Source: a virus (Duplodnaviria; Caudoviricetes). Taken from it: a DNA stretch of 64,000 nt. Positions 1 through 8,231 of this stretch are shown here, piece after piece. How positions within the stretch are numbered: the first letter of the stretch is position 1; the number at the start of each line of letters is the position of its first letter. Made by a program: the position numbers and the translations under genes. Location of the stretch: the IMG/VR virus record IMGVR_UViG_3300037067_012456, positions 1-64,000 of that record. The stretch is one strand, 5' to 3'. A model generated the notes under the pieces. The model was not told where the DNA came from, ran no database searches, and worked only from the letters and a program-made list of their open reading frames with translations.

Positions 1-18
1 TTAGATAATCAGTTTTGT

Positions 19-276
19 TCATGAACATTCCCTACAATAAGAAATACCTTTACCTGAATTCTTCAACTCAGTAACAGGAAATAATTTACCACATTTAGAG
101 CAAAAACCTGTATATTCTTCTAACTTGGGTCTTTCCAGACCCAGTTGCCATAGTTCACAGTTTAAACCCTCTTCATCAGAAAAAGATTTCTTTTTACCAT
201 AATCTCCATTAGGATGAAAACAATGATAAATACCAATAAAGACACAGTTATTACAATGTTGCATTTTTATTCTCAA
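19..276 (-). CDS. small Cys-rich (zinc-binding) hypothetical protein
   Basis: CxxC pairs (CNNC, CSKC, CREC) in 85 aa. Confidence 0.5.
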   Translation of the reverse strand: MRIKMQHCNNCVFIGIYHCFHPNGDYGKKKSFSDEEGLNCELWQLGLERPKLEEYTGFCSKCGKLFPVTELKNSGKGISYCRECS

Positions 277-294
277 GATACTTTATTAAAAATA

Positions 295-324
295 TGGTGT
301 TCTTAGTTAAAACTAAGAACACCA
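295..324 (-). terminator. intrinsic terminator hairpin after the ARPP-1-like gene
   Basis: perfect 13-bp inverted repeat tggtgttcttagt/actaagaacacca, followed by a T-rich run on the minus strand. Confidence 0.7.
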
Positions 325-336
325 TTACAATATACA

Positions 337-1425
337 TTAAACTCGTGATAACGTCAAATGAATTATTTTACCATTAAACTCTACAGCTTCGCCAATTATC
401 CTTTTTTTACTCTTTTCATCAATTATTTCACGAATTTCGATAATTTTATATGCTTCTCCCTGCTTTTCTCCATAAATTATTTTTTCTTCAAATTTTCCAC
501 CTAATTCTTTACCAATAAGAGCTTTTACTCTTTCTGGTTTAAAATCAAATATAGAAGTATCATCTTTCTTCATAAAAGAACTACCTTCTTTAGCTATTGT
601 TTCTTCTTTAACAGATGACCAAGAATCCGGTACATTATATATATCTAATCCTTGAAAACTGTTTTCATAAAGAAATATAGCACCTACTTGATTTTCAATA
701 GGCGGTATCTTTTTCATTGCTTCTTTAATTCTAGTGGTCATATCATCAATAGTATTAACCATATCATCTGAAGATCCTATATTAATACTATTTAAATCAG
801 CCATTGGCATGATAAAATCATTAGTATTCATAGTATTAGTAAAATAAGCTCTATTTGTTGGATTAGTAGAATTAGTAAGGGCATCTAAAGTAATATTATC
901 TGATCCTTGTGATCCTCTCCACGATGATTTAAGATTTGTAGTTCTTGGATTATTATTATAATAACAAGTATTATAAGTCTCAACCGATCTCCAAGTAGCT
1001 CCCTGATCATTCAAATTATTATATACATAAAATGGAACTTTTCCACCAAAAGTCATTTCTGCTCCTTTTTGTATCCCCTTTGAATTATGGATACAACGAA
1101 CAGATACTCTCATTCCTTTCCCAGCCATAATAATGTGACCATGAATTGCAGCCCTTTCTTGTGTCTTACCCCTAAAGATCTCACCACGACTAATATAAAG
1201 TGGTTTATCTTCATTGTTGTGAATATAGATGCTGTCAATTTGACCAGTATCCTCTATTTTCACATCTTTGGCCTCAGCCAAAGTAATATAATTCCTTTCT
1301 TCTTTTGTTGTTCTTGAGATAGGAATTACAACTCCTAAAGACCCCTCGTTAACTCTCCAAGGAGATTCTATCACGAAACCATTACGCTCTAATAGAATGT
1401 CCTCGATGAAATTTTGTGTATTCAT
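337..1425 (-). CDS. ARPP-1/DUF6569-like domain protein
   Basis: motifs NYITLAEA..., LYISRGEIFRG-TQER, VSVRCI and NQVGAIF resemble the ARPP-1 family as recalled; RBS gagg upstream. Confidence 0.6.
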   Translation of the reverse strand: MNTQNFIEDILLERNGFVIESPWRVNEGSLGVVIPISRTTKEERNYITLAEAKDVKIEDTGQIDSIYIHNNEDKPLYISRGEIFRGKTQERAAIHGHIIMAGKGMRVSVRCIHNSKGIQKGAEMTFGGKVPFYVYNNLNDQGATWRSVETYNTCYYNNNPRTTNLKSSWRGSQGSDNITLDALTNSTNPTNRAYFTNTMNTNDFIMPMADLNSINIGSSDDMVNTIDDMTTRIKEAMKKIPPIENQVGAIFLYENSFQGLDIYNVPDSWSSVKEETIAKEGSSFMKKDDTSIFDFKPERVKALIGKELGGKFEEKIIYGEKQGEAYKIIEIREIIDEKSKKRIIGEAVEFNGKIIHLTLSRV

Positions 1426-1792
1426 TTATACACCTCTTCTTTTTTATTTTTATAATTCAATTAGAATTATAAATTGCTTTATTTTTATTTAAAGTCTCTT
1501 TCAATGAGACACTTATCCTATTTTTAACCTCCGCTGTTCTGGGTTTTCCTCTTGATCCCTTACCCATCTCTATCTTTATCTAAATATTTCATTTTTTATA
1601 TTCTTTCAATTTTTTCATTTGGTTTGTCTTTATAATTTTCTTCAAAGAAATTATATAAGATCCTTTTTATAAACTCTTTACCTTCTTTATTACAACAATA
1701 TGATAAAGAAATTAAATCATATATTCTTACCGGTGTTGTCTTTGTTCCATCAAAAGTTCCACCATTATCATGATATAGATGGATATTCATAA

Positions 1793-1945
1793 TTATTGAG
1801 CTTGCTCAATTTTTTCGTATCTACTTTTGATTCCAATAGCACCATTAGATTTTTTATAATAAAAATAATGAAGAATTGTATCATTTTTCTTTTTTAATTT
1901 TTTCTTATCTGATTCAGATGCATTACTTTTTTTAGGACCAGCCAT
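1793..1945 (-). CDS. small basic hypothetical protein (50 aa, MAGPKKSNASES...)
   Basis: read manually; ggagg RBS upstream; below the ORF-track size cutoff. Confidence 0.55.
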   Translation of the reverse strand: MAGPKKSNASESDKKKLKKKNDTILHYFYYKKSNGAIGIKSRYEKIEQAQ

Positions 1946-1965
1946 TATAAACCTCCATTAAAAAT

Positions 1966-2053
1966 AGAAGGGGCCATTTTCTTACTACAGATCCAAGTTA
2001 GGCCCCTTCTGAGCAAACTCCTAGAGTTTCTCTTTGGTTTAGTTAGGATCTGA
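1966..2053. ncRNA. putative pseudoknotted structured RNA
   Basis: interleaved helices agaaggggcc/ggccccttct (10 bp) and cagatcc/ggatctg (7 bp), plus an internal hairpin aaactc/gagttt, in an AT-rich intergenic gap. Confidence 0.5.
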
Positions 2054-2078
2054 GAGCAGTTATATACTATTCTGCATG

Positions 2079-2151
2079 AGCCACCGGGAGAAATTGCATC
2101 CCCAACATTCTGATTACAGGTCAGACGCTCTACTTGTTGAGCTACGATGGC
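2079..2151 (-). tRNA. tRNA-Thr(UGU)
   Basis: cloverleaf GCCATCG/CGGTGGC; anticodon arm tctga-ccTGTaa-tcaga; atypical C33 and T-loop TGCAATT. Confidence 0.85.
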
Positions 2152-2178
2152 ATTTTAATTTGAATGTTCAAATTAAAT

Positions 2179-2249
2179 TTGCGGGTGCAAGAGTCGAACT
2201 TGCTTAAGGAAGGTATGAGCATCCTAACTGACCGTTAGTTTAACCCGCT
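2179..2249 (-). tRNA. tRNA-Met(CAU), initiator-like
   Basis: acceptor AGCGGGT/ACCCGCA with 1:72 mismatch; A11:U24; loop ctCATac; T-loop TTCGACT. Confidence 0.85.
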
Positions 2250-2264
2250 ATATTTCCTAGTACA

Positions 2265-2292
2265 AATATACTATAATTATTTTTATTGTCAA
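2265..2292 (-). promoter_or_regulatory. sigma70-type promoter upstream of tRNA-Met/Thr
   Basis: TTGACA-16-TATATT. Confidence 0.65.
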
Positions 2293-2308
2293 GTAAAATA
2301 TTTTAATG

Positions 2309-2380
2309 AGCAGGTGAGGCGATTTGAACGCCCAACGAACAGTTTGGAAAACTGCCCTTCTACCCTTGAATTACACCTGC
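2309..2380 (-). tRNA. tRNA-Gly(UCC)
   Basis: GCAGGTG/CACCTGC, U73, loop ttTCCaa, T-loop TTCAAAT. Confidence 0.92.
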
Positions 2381-2382
2381 AT

Positions 2383-2628
2383 TTAATATTCCCAATCTAT
2401 TTGATCTGCTTTAATACTTTGATTATCTGGATTAGGCCAATTTCGCATCCAATATGAACTAGAAGATAAATTTTGTTTTCTTAGTATTCCATCACGTTTG
2501 CTTTTTTCTTCTTCTGTATCTGAACTTTTATATTTGTAGTGAGACTCCCCCCAACTTTTTAATATTGATAATCTTTTCTTTAGTATTTTTTTATTACAAT
2601 GTCTTTTATAGGCTAATCCTCTTCCCAT
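2383..2628 (-). CDS. small basic hypothetical protein
   Basis: Lys/Arg-rich 81-aa ORF directly coupled to the upstream ORF. Confidence 0.6.
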   Translation of the reverse strand: MGRGLAYKRHCNKKILKKRLSILKSWGESHYKYKSSDTEEEKSKRDGILRKQNLSSSSYWMRNWPNPDNQSIKADQIDWEY

Positions 2629-2841
2629 TTAACTCCATTCCCATTCATTAGTTTTTTTAAATATAGGAATATTTACTTCTTCAATATCGATGTGTTTAAG
2701 AGCATTATGTTCTTTTGCTCTTATAGTTTGTCTTTTTAATTTTTTAAAATAAGATGGTGGTTTTGCATGACTTTTTTTATCTCGTCTTTTAAACTTATCA
2801 TTAAAAAACAAATCTCCATTCTTTCGTATAGTTCTACTCAT
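2629..2841 (-). CDS. small basic hypothetical protein (MSRTIRK...)
   Basis: Lys/Arg-rich 70-aa ORF ending in W-x-W; RBS gagg. Confidence 0.65.
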   Translation of the reverse strand: MSRTIRKNGDLFFNDKFKRRDKKSHAKPPSYFKKLKRQTIRAKEHNALKHIDIEEVNIPIFKKTNEWEWS

Positions 2842-3669
2842 GTTTAGTACCTCTATACATATTTAATTATATAATATTATTTATTATCTTTATTTAATTG
2901 TAAAGAATAATTATTTATATAAGATATATTCTCATTATTTTTTAAAATATTATATTGTCTATTTTGTTTAGAAATAGACAATATTTTTTTAATAATTTTA
3001 ATATTATTGTGCTTTTTGAAGAAATTTTTTCTCAAATTGTTAAATCCTTTGAGATTGGGGGATTAACTGAAGTTTTTTTCTTCTTCATATTAATAATTCT
3101 CTCTACATCCATTTTTTGAAGAGATAATTTACTCATTTTTTGTAAAATTTCATTATTTACCCAATCATTCCCCCAATCACTTACTCTACCTTTTTTTAAT
3201 AAAGACATGTGTTTTATAGACATTTTTATTCCTTAACTACAATTAAATTTTAAATTCTCTTTTTACCATTTTAATAATTGCATCTGCAGTAGCCAAAATA
3301 TCTTCTCTCTCCAATGCTTCAAAAAAATCAAGATCTTTTGAATTTTTTTCAAATAGTGATTGTCCATCCTCATCAATAAGGTATTCTTTTTCAATTTTCT
3401 CGGCAATTTTACGTCTAAGTGATTTTTGTTCTTTCATATTAGTCTCCTTTAATTTTTTTTATTAATTATCAAATAATTTTTGAATTTCTTTTTTAAATGT
3501 ATTTTTTCCTAATTTTTCATGACATTCTTTAATTTTATCTATACAATATTTTAAAGAATAAGTCTTTTTTAGTTCAAGAGAAAAACCACCAATAGTATTA
3601 CCATAATAAGCATAATTTTCATATAAAGTAAAACCCATTTCTTTATACATTTGTTTAGTCATTTTCATA

Positions 3670-4722
3670 TTATTCTTCCTTTAATAAATAATTATTACTA
3701 ATTGATTTAAAAGAAATAATTCTTTCATCATTAAAAACTTCTATATTATTTATAGATTTATATACAACACCTTCTCTTTTTCTATCTGGATTAATAAGAG
3801 ATTGACCATTAGCATGGTTTAACAATAAATCCATTGTAGGATATTTTTGAAATATTTTACTTATAGATATAATAGGAACATGTGGTATATGACTAAAATA
3901 TACATCTAATATAGCTTTTCTTTCTTTTGTAGATAAATAGGATTGAATATTAATATTATAAATATTAAATATAAAAAAAGTAATTTCTTTTAATCCTAAT
4001 CTATTTTTTTGAATTCCAGGACCGGCTATTTCTCCTTGAATAGCTATATTTAAATTAGCACTTTCTAAAGATTTTCTTATATCATATTTTTGCTCAATTT
4101 GAAAATAAGTATTATCATTATTACTATCTATTTTAAAATTAATATTTCTAGAGCAAATACCAAATTCTCCAGAATTCCAATAATAAGTAGCTGAAGTTCC
4201 ATCTATTTTTTCACTTTCTTCAAATTCTTCATTTTCATAAATTGTAAAATATTCAGGAAAATTTTGAATTCTTTCTTCATCTGTTTTACGAATAAAAGAA
4301 GGAAAATTACCTCTTGAAACTCCACGTAATTGAGCTGGAATAGGAGCTTCATATTTCTTAATATTAAGAATAGAAGTAACATCATCACCCTCTACAACAT
4401 TTGTTTCTACAAAAAATAAAGATAAAGGCATTAATAATCCTTGTGAAAGAATTCCTTTAAGTTTTATAGTACGAAGTCTATATCCTTCTGTTCCATCTTC
4501 AAGAGTCTTTCTACCACGAGATTCCATAAATAAAAATGGTTCATTACATGGCAATAAAGAGTCAATTTCAAAATAAATTGCAAGGTCATTTACTTTAAAT
4601 TCATCTTTTTTTACAACACATTGCCACCCATCTATTTTAGCGAGTTCAATAGAATCAGCTCCTTCAATAGGCAGTATTTCAGATACTTTTCTAATAGTTG
4701 CTAATTTCCTTTCAATATTCAT
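3670..4722 (-). CDS. ATP-dependent RNA ligase (DRB0094/Rnl2-like, N-terminal OB domain)
   Basis: N-terminal RKLATIR...IEGAD.IE; motif I EKIDGTS; GEIAGPGIQKN; REGVVYK; FKSISN.YLLK. Confidence 0.9.
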   Translation of the reverse strand: MNIERKLATIRKVSEILPIEGADSIELAKIDGWQCVVKKDEFKVNDLAIYFEIDSLLPCNEPFLFMESRGRKTLEDGTEGYRLRTIKLKGILSQGLLMPLSLFFVETNVVEGDDVTSILNIKKYEAPIPAQLRGVSRGNFPSFIRKTDEERIQNFPEYFTIYENEEFEESEKIDGTSATYYWNSGEFGICSRNINFKIDSNNDNTYFQIEQKYDIRKSLESANLNIAIQGEIAGPGIQKNRLGLKEITFFIFNIYNINIQSYLSTKERKAILDVYFSHIPHVPIISISKIFQKYPTMDLLLNHANGQSLINPDRKREGVVYKSINNIEVFNDERIISFKSISNNYLLKEE

Positions 4723-5345
4723 GCTTTAATTCCAGTTAGTTCTTTGAAATAAGGAAGATTTTCAATCCATTTACAAAATTCTCCCCAATCTTCTTTTAAT
4801 CTATGATTTTTTCTTTGTTCGTAGATAGTTTTTAATTGTAAATAATTAGTTGTAATTCTCATTGTTAAAGTAAGACCCATAGGACAATTAGAAATTAATT
4901 TCATATAATTTTCATAAGTTGGATTAAAATTATATTCTTTTTGCAATTCAATAATAGTATCTATAATGGTATCATTTACATATTCATTCATTTGTTTTGA
5001 TAAATCAAGTTTAGATAGTACATGCATCTTGCTTTGAGAACTAATGATTTGTGAAAAATGATACCTTTGAAATTGCATTGACCAATATTGAGGATATGTA
5101 ATATCACATTGAACAATTATTCCTGATAATGCATTTCCATGTCCAGAATTAGAAGGAGAAGATCCAAGTTTAGTCATTCTTTGAAAATGATTTGATTCTG
5201 TTGATATTGAATTATATGGTGTATTTAATTCAGATAAAATTGTTTCATCAAGAGCATCAGAGATAAATTCTGTTTTTTTAGGATAACCAGATGCAATAAC
5301 AGATTCTTCAAGACCATAAACTCTAGTATTACTTAATTTTAACAT
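4719..5345 (-). CDS. ThyX-like phage protein
   Basis: GH..., QFQRYHF, SSQSKMH and NYLQLKTIYEQRKNHRL motifs typical of divergent phage ThyX-like proteins. Confidence 0.55.
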   Translation of the reverse strand: MLKLSNTRVYGLEESVIASGYPKKTEFISDALDETILSELNTPYNSISTESNHFQRMTKLGSSPSNSGHGNALSGIIVQCDITYPQYWSMQFQRYHFSQIISSQSKMHVLSKLDLSKQMNEYVNDTIIDTIIELQKEYNFNPTYENYMKLISNCPMGLTLTMRITTNYLQLKTIYEQRKNHRLKEDWGEFCKWIENLPYFKELTGIKA

Positions 5346-5535
5346 TAGAAATTTCTCCTTTTGGACAGCGAACTACAGAAGTACCATTTTTTATACCAGG
5401 AACATGATTAGAGGGCATAATAAGAGCCATACCAATATATAGCTTATTATTACATCTTACGGATGTATTATCAATGCCTTTATGGGAGGGACATTCTTTA
5501 CATTTATCTAATTTAATTTGTTTCATATAATTAAT

Positions 5536-5564
5536 AATTTAATACAATTATTAATAAAAGTCAA
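5536..5564 (-). promoter_or_regulatory. sigma70-type promoter for the ThyX-like/RNA ligase operon
   Basis: TTGACT-17-TAAATT. Confidence 0.6.
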
Positions 5565-5591
5565 GTAATTTTTTTACTTTTTTATTAAAAG

Positions 5592-5668
5592 CACCCCAGA
5601 AACGATTTGAACGTTTATGCATCCATTTACCCTTTCAACTGGTTCGTAGCCAGAGAGGATACTGGGGT
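5592..5668 (-). ncRNA. tRNA-like RNA with ACG (Arg) anticodon loop and no canonical D arm
   Basis: acceptor ACCCCAG/CTGGGGT; T arm aaacg-TTCAAAT-cgttt; anticodon hairpin ctgg-ctACGaa-ccag begins 8 nt after the acceptor strand. Confidence 0.75.
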
Positions 5669-5871
5669 ATTATTTACAACATTTCATTGCTTTATCTGCT
5701 CGGTCCCAGTATCCTTTATAATCATTTGGAGTATCCCAAATAGCTTTTGCTATTTCTTCAATATTTATTGTTTCTACATTTGATTCTAAACAATATTTAC
5801 ATTTATGATTATTAGGAGCATTACACGTTTTAGATGATTTCATAATAAAATATTTTGTTTTTTTCATATAT

Positions 5872-6222
5872 TTAACAAACCTTCCCATGTTTATATGGTC
5901 TTGTTTTATTATATTCCATTTTAATTCTAAGTGCTCCTTCTAGATCAATACTATATCTTCCACAAGTATCAAATACACGAATTAGAAGATCAGCAAATTC
6001 AATAGGAATACCACAAGGTTTCTTATTACCAGATCTATCCTCTTCAAAATATAATTCAGTCATTGATTTATTATCTCTATGATCTTCTAATACTTCTGAT
6101 AATTCAGAATGCATTAATGCTATTTGCTCACCAAAATTTCGTTCAGTATCCCACCAACCTTTATCTACTGCGGTTTCATGTGCTTCTTTAACTAATTCAT
6201 TTATATTCATATTATACTTCAA
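5872..6222 (-). CDS. MazG-like nucleotide pyrophosphohydrolase
   Basis: ALMHSELSEVLE...EFADLLIRVFD...KMEYNKTRPYKHGK. Confidence 0.85.
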   Translation of the reverse strand: MKYNMNINELVKEAHETAVDKGWWDTERNFGEQIALMHSELSEVLEDHRDNKSMTELYFEEDRSGNKKPCGIPIEFADLLIRVFDTCGRYSIDLEGALRIKMEYNKTRPYKHGKVC

Positions 6223-6401
6223 ACTCCTTTATTACTTTTTTTGGTTTTATTATCCAAGATTTTCTATTAATAAATTCTTCTGCAGCTTTTTCATTTGTAC
6301 AATAAATTTTATCTGAATCATTTTTATTTTCTTCATAAAAATATCTCCAAAAAAATTTTCCTTTCCATTGAGGCCAATAAAAATTATTTTTAAACAATAT
6401 T

Positions 6402-6599
6402 CTAACTTTCATTATATCTTCTCCTGATTCTATAAATATTTTGAATAGGATACCATTCATCTCCTATATATCTATCTAAATCAAATTTTACAAATCTAAT
6501 AAGATTTTCTTCTTGCATCATTCTAGAATTTTTAACTATAAAGTATTCTGGAGAATCATAAAAAAGAATTTCATAATCAAATTTATTTTTTTTATTCAT
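6402..6599 (-). CDS. hypothetical protein (start revised to ATG at 6599)
   Basis: aagga RBS before MNKKNKF; the longer ORF start runs into the structured RNA. Confidence 0.55.
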   Translation of the reverse strand: MNKKNKFDYEILFYDSPEYFIVKNSRMMQEENLIRFVKFDLDRYIGDEWYPIQNIYRIRRRYNES

Positions 6600-6624
6600 A
6601 TTAGTATTCCTTTTATTAAATAAT

Positions 6625-6777
6625 ATAGAAGATTTCAGGTGTACAATGTGCGAATAACCCTTTAGCCGATTTCTATTCCCCGTCACGGCATCGTATGATC
6701 ACTTCCACTTAAGGAGATTGTAACTTTGAGCCTACCTTATCAGGAACTTTAGCTTAAATTTAATAAGCATCTTCTAT
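6625..6777 (-). ncRNA. putative multibranched structured ncRNA (~150 nt)
   Basis: closing 9-bp helix atagaagat/atcttctat with nested helices gctta/taagc, aggt/acct, tacaat/attgta, gccg/cggc; GC-enriched relative to flanks. Confidence 0.55.
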
Positions 6778-6790
6778 TTTTTTACTTATA

Positions 6791-6988
6791 TTATGGTAAT
6801 CCTTGATAATCTTTTCCATATACATTATTGCAGATATTTAATGATTCACTTTTAAATTTATCTACATTAAATAAGGTACAAGAACTTTTATTTTTAGTAT
6901 ATTTCCAATAAGAACAATCAATCCATCCACAACCATCATAACAATGACCCCAACATTTTATAATTTTTTTATACACATTATACTCCAT
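6791..6988 (-). CDS. Cys-rich hypothetical protein (start revised)
   Basis: the track ORF's 5' part is the tRNA-Arg gene; ATG at 6988. Confidence 0.45.
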   Translation of the reverse strand: MEYNVYKKIIKCWGHCYDGCGWIDCSYWKYTKNKSSCTLFNVDKFKSESLNICNNVYGKDYQGLP

Positions 6989-6989
6989 G

Positions 6990-7074
6990 TACCCCAAGAA
7001 GGATTCGAACCTTCGACAGGCATAGCCATGAGGGATTAGAAATCCCTTGCCGTAATCCACTTGGCGATTGGGGC
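6990..7074 (-). tRNA. tRNA-Arg(UCU) with long variable arm
   Basis: GCCCCAA/TTGGGGT; aggga-ttTCTaa-tccct; A20; 16-nt variable region; T-loop TTCGAAT. Confidence 0.88.
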
Positions 7075-7083
7075 ATTTTTTTA

Positions 7084-7524
7084 TTATTTATCTATAATTA
7101 ATATTCCATTAATATGATCTATTTCTTGTTGTATTGCCCTAGATGATAATCCTTTTAATTCTAAAATAATTTTATTATTATCAATATCTAATCCAGATAC
7201 TGTTACTTCTTTCCAACGTATTATCTCTTTTTCTATACCAGGACAAGATAAACAACCTTCTTTTTCTTTTGTAGTTTCTTCACTATGAGATATTATTTCA
7301 GGATTACAAAGAGCTATTTTTATCCCATCTTTATATCCATTTGTATTTAAAACAATTATTTTTTTTGATACTCCAATTTGAGGAGCTGCCAATCCAATTC
7401 CTTTAGATTGAATTATATTATACATTCTTTCTATAAGATATTTTATTTTATTATCCACTACATCTACTTTATCAGCTGGAGTAGAAAGAATTGGATTTGG
7501 TTGTGTTATTATATTATAACTCAT
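7084..7524 (-). CDS. def: peptide deformylase (HExxH altered to QExxH)
   Basis: GIGLAAPQIG, EGCLS, QQEIDHINGIL. Confidence 0.9.
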   Translation of the reverse strand: MSYNIITQPNPILSTPADKVDVVDNKIKYLIERMYNIIQSKGIGLAAPQIGVSKKIIVLNTNGYKDGIKIALCNPEIISHSEETTKEKEGCLSCPGIEKEIIRWKEVTVSGLDIDNNKIILELKGLSSRAIQQEIDHINGILIIDK

Positions 7525-7529
7525 AGTAT

Positions 7530-8231
7530 TTATACATTAATATTATCAAATATTTTCCAATTTTGTGTTGGACCATAATTTTCTATTTCACCTGGGGAAG
7601 GATTATCATTTTCTGCTATAACAATACCAGCTATTTTACATGCATCATAACATTCTTCTGAACAATAATATGAATATGCATCATCTCCAGATTTAAAAAG
7701 CCACCCAATTAAACCAGTAAAATCATATTGTCTTCCAATAATATTAGCCAAATTTCCTAATATAATTTTATCTTGATCAAATGTAGTAGGTAGTTTACGA
7801 ATAGTCATTGTTCTATTTTGATACTGTGAAAAATCAAAGCATTGCATTCCTTCTTGATCAGCACTAGCTACTACTAGAGTTTTTATATAGTCTGTCAAAG
7901 GAATAGAATTATTATAATTAAGATTCCAATTATTTTTAATTCTTTGCCAATGAATTTCATTAAAATAATCTTTTATTTTATTAGAATAAACAAATATAAT
8001 AGTATGAGAAATACTATTACTAAATAAACCTATAAGTTTTCCAATAAATCCTTTTGATGCTTTTAATGAAACTAGATATGTTCCCTCTCCTATTTGTTCA
8101 AACAATTTACAAAAATTATCATTAAGAGGAACATGTTTTTTTAATCCTCGTTTCTTTTTAAATTCATCCGATATTTTTTGATTAATCCAATTTCTAATTA
8201 AACTACCCAATTTTTTAAAAAAATTAAACAT
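7530..8231 (-). CDS. permuted NlpC/P60 (YiiX/YebB-like) papain-fold enzyme
   Basis: His motif (ISHTII) precedes YDF and YYCSE Cys motif, the permuted order. Confidence 0.7.
   Translation of the reverse strand: MFNFFKKLGSLIRNWINQKISDEFKKKRGLKKHVPLNDNFCKLFEQIGEGTYLVSLKASKGFIGKLIGLFSNSISHTIIFVYSNKIKDYFNEIHWQRIKNNWNLNYNNSIPLTDYIKTLVVASADQEGMQCFDFSQYQNRTMTIRKLPTTFDQDKIILGNLANIIGRQYDFTGLIGWLFKSGDDAYSYYCSEECYDACKIAGIVIAENDNPSPGEIENYGPTQNWKIFDNINV

Noticed and set aside
1457-1567. 36-aa ORF with a NUMOD3-like motif (KPRTAEVKNRISVSLK)
   Set aside because: Too short and has no nuclease domain; probably a homing-endonuclease remnant, not supportable as a gene.
1966-2076. tRNA-associated HDV-like (theta) ribozyme
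   Set aside because: No P3/L3/P1.1 elements, and P1 does not begin at the tRNA 3' end; kept only as an unassigned pseudoknot.
6625-6777. Minimal RNase P RNA (AAAGUUCC...AGAAAUCGGCU resemblance)
   Set aside because: The P4 helix cannot be formed properly and the CR-V-like segment is not at the 3' end.
6990-7074. Amber suppressor (CUA) reading of this tRNA, or UCA reading of tRNA-Glu, implying stop-codon recoding
   Set aside because: 5-bp stems centre the loops on UCU and UUC, and long genes are intact in the standard code with TAG and TGA used as stops.
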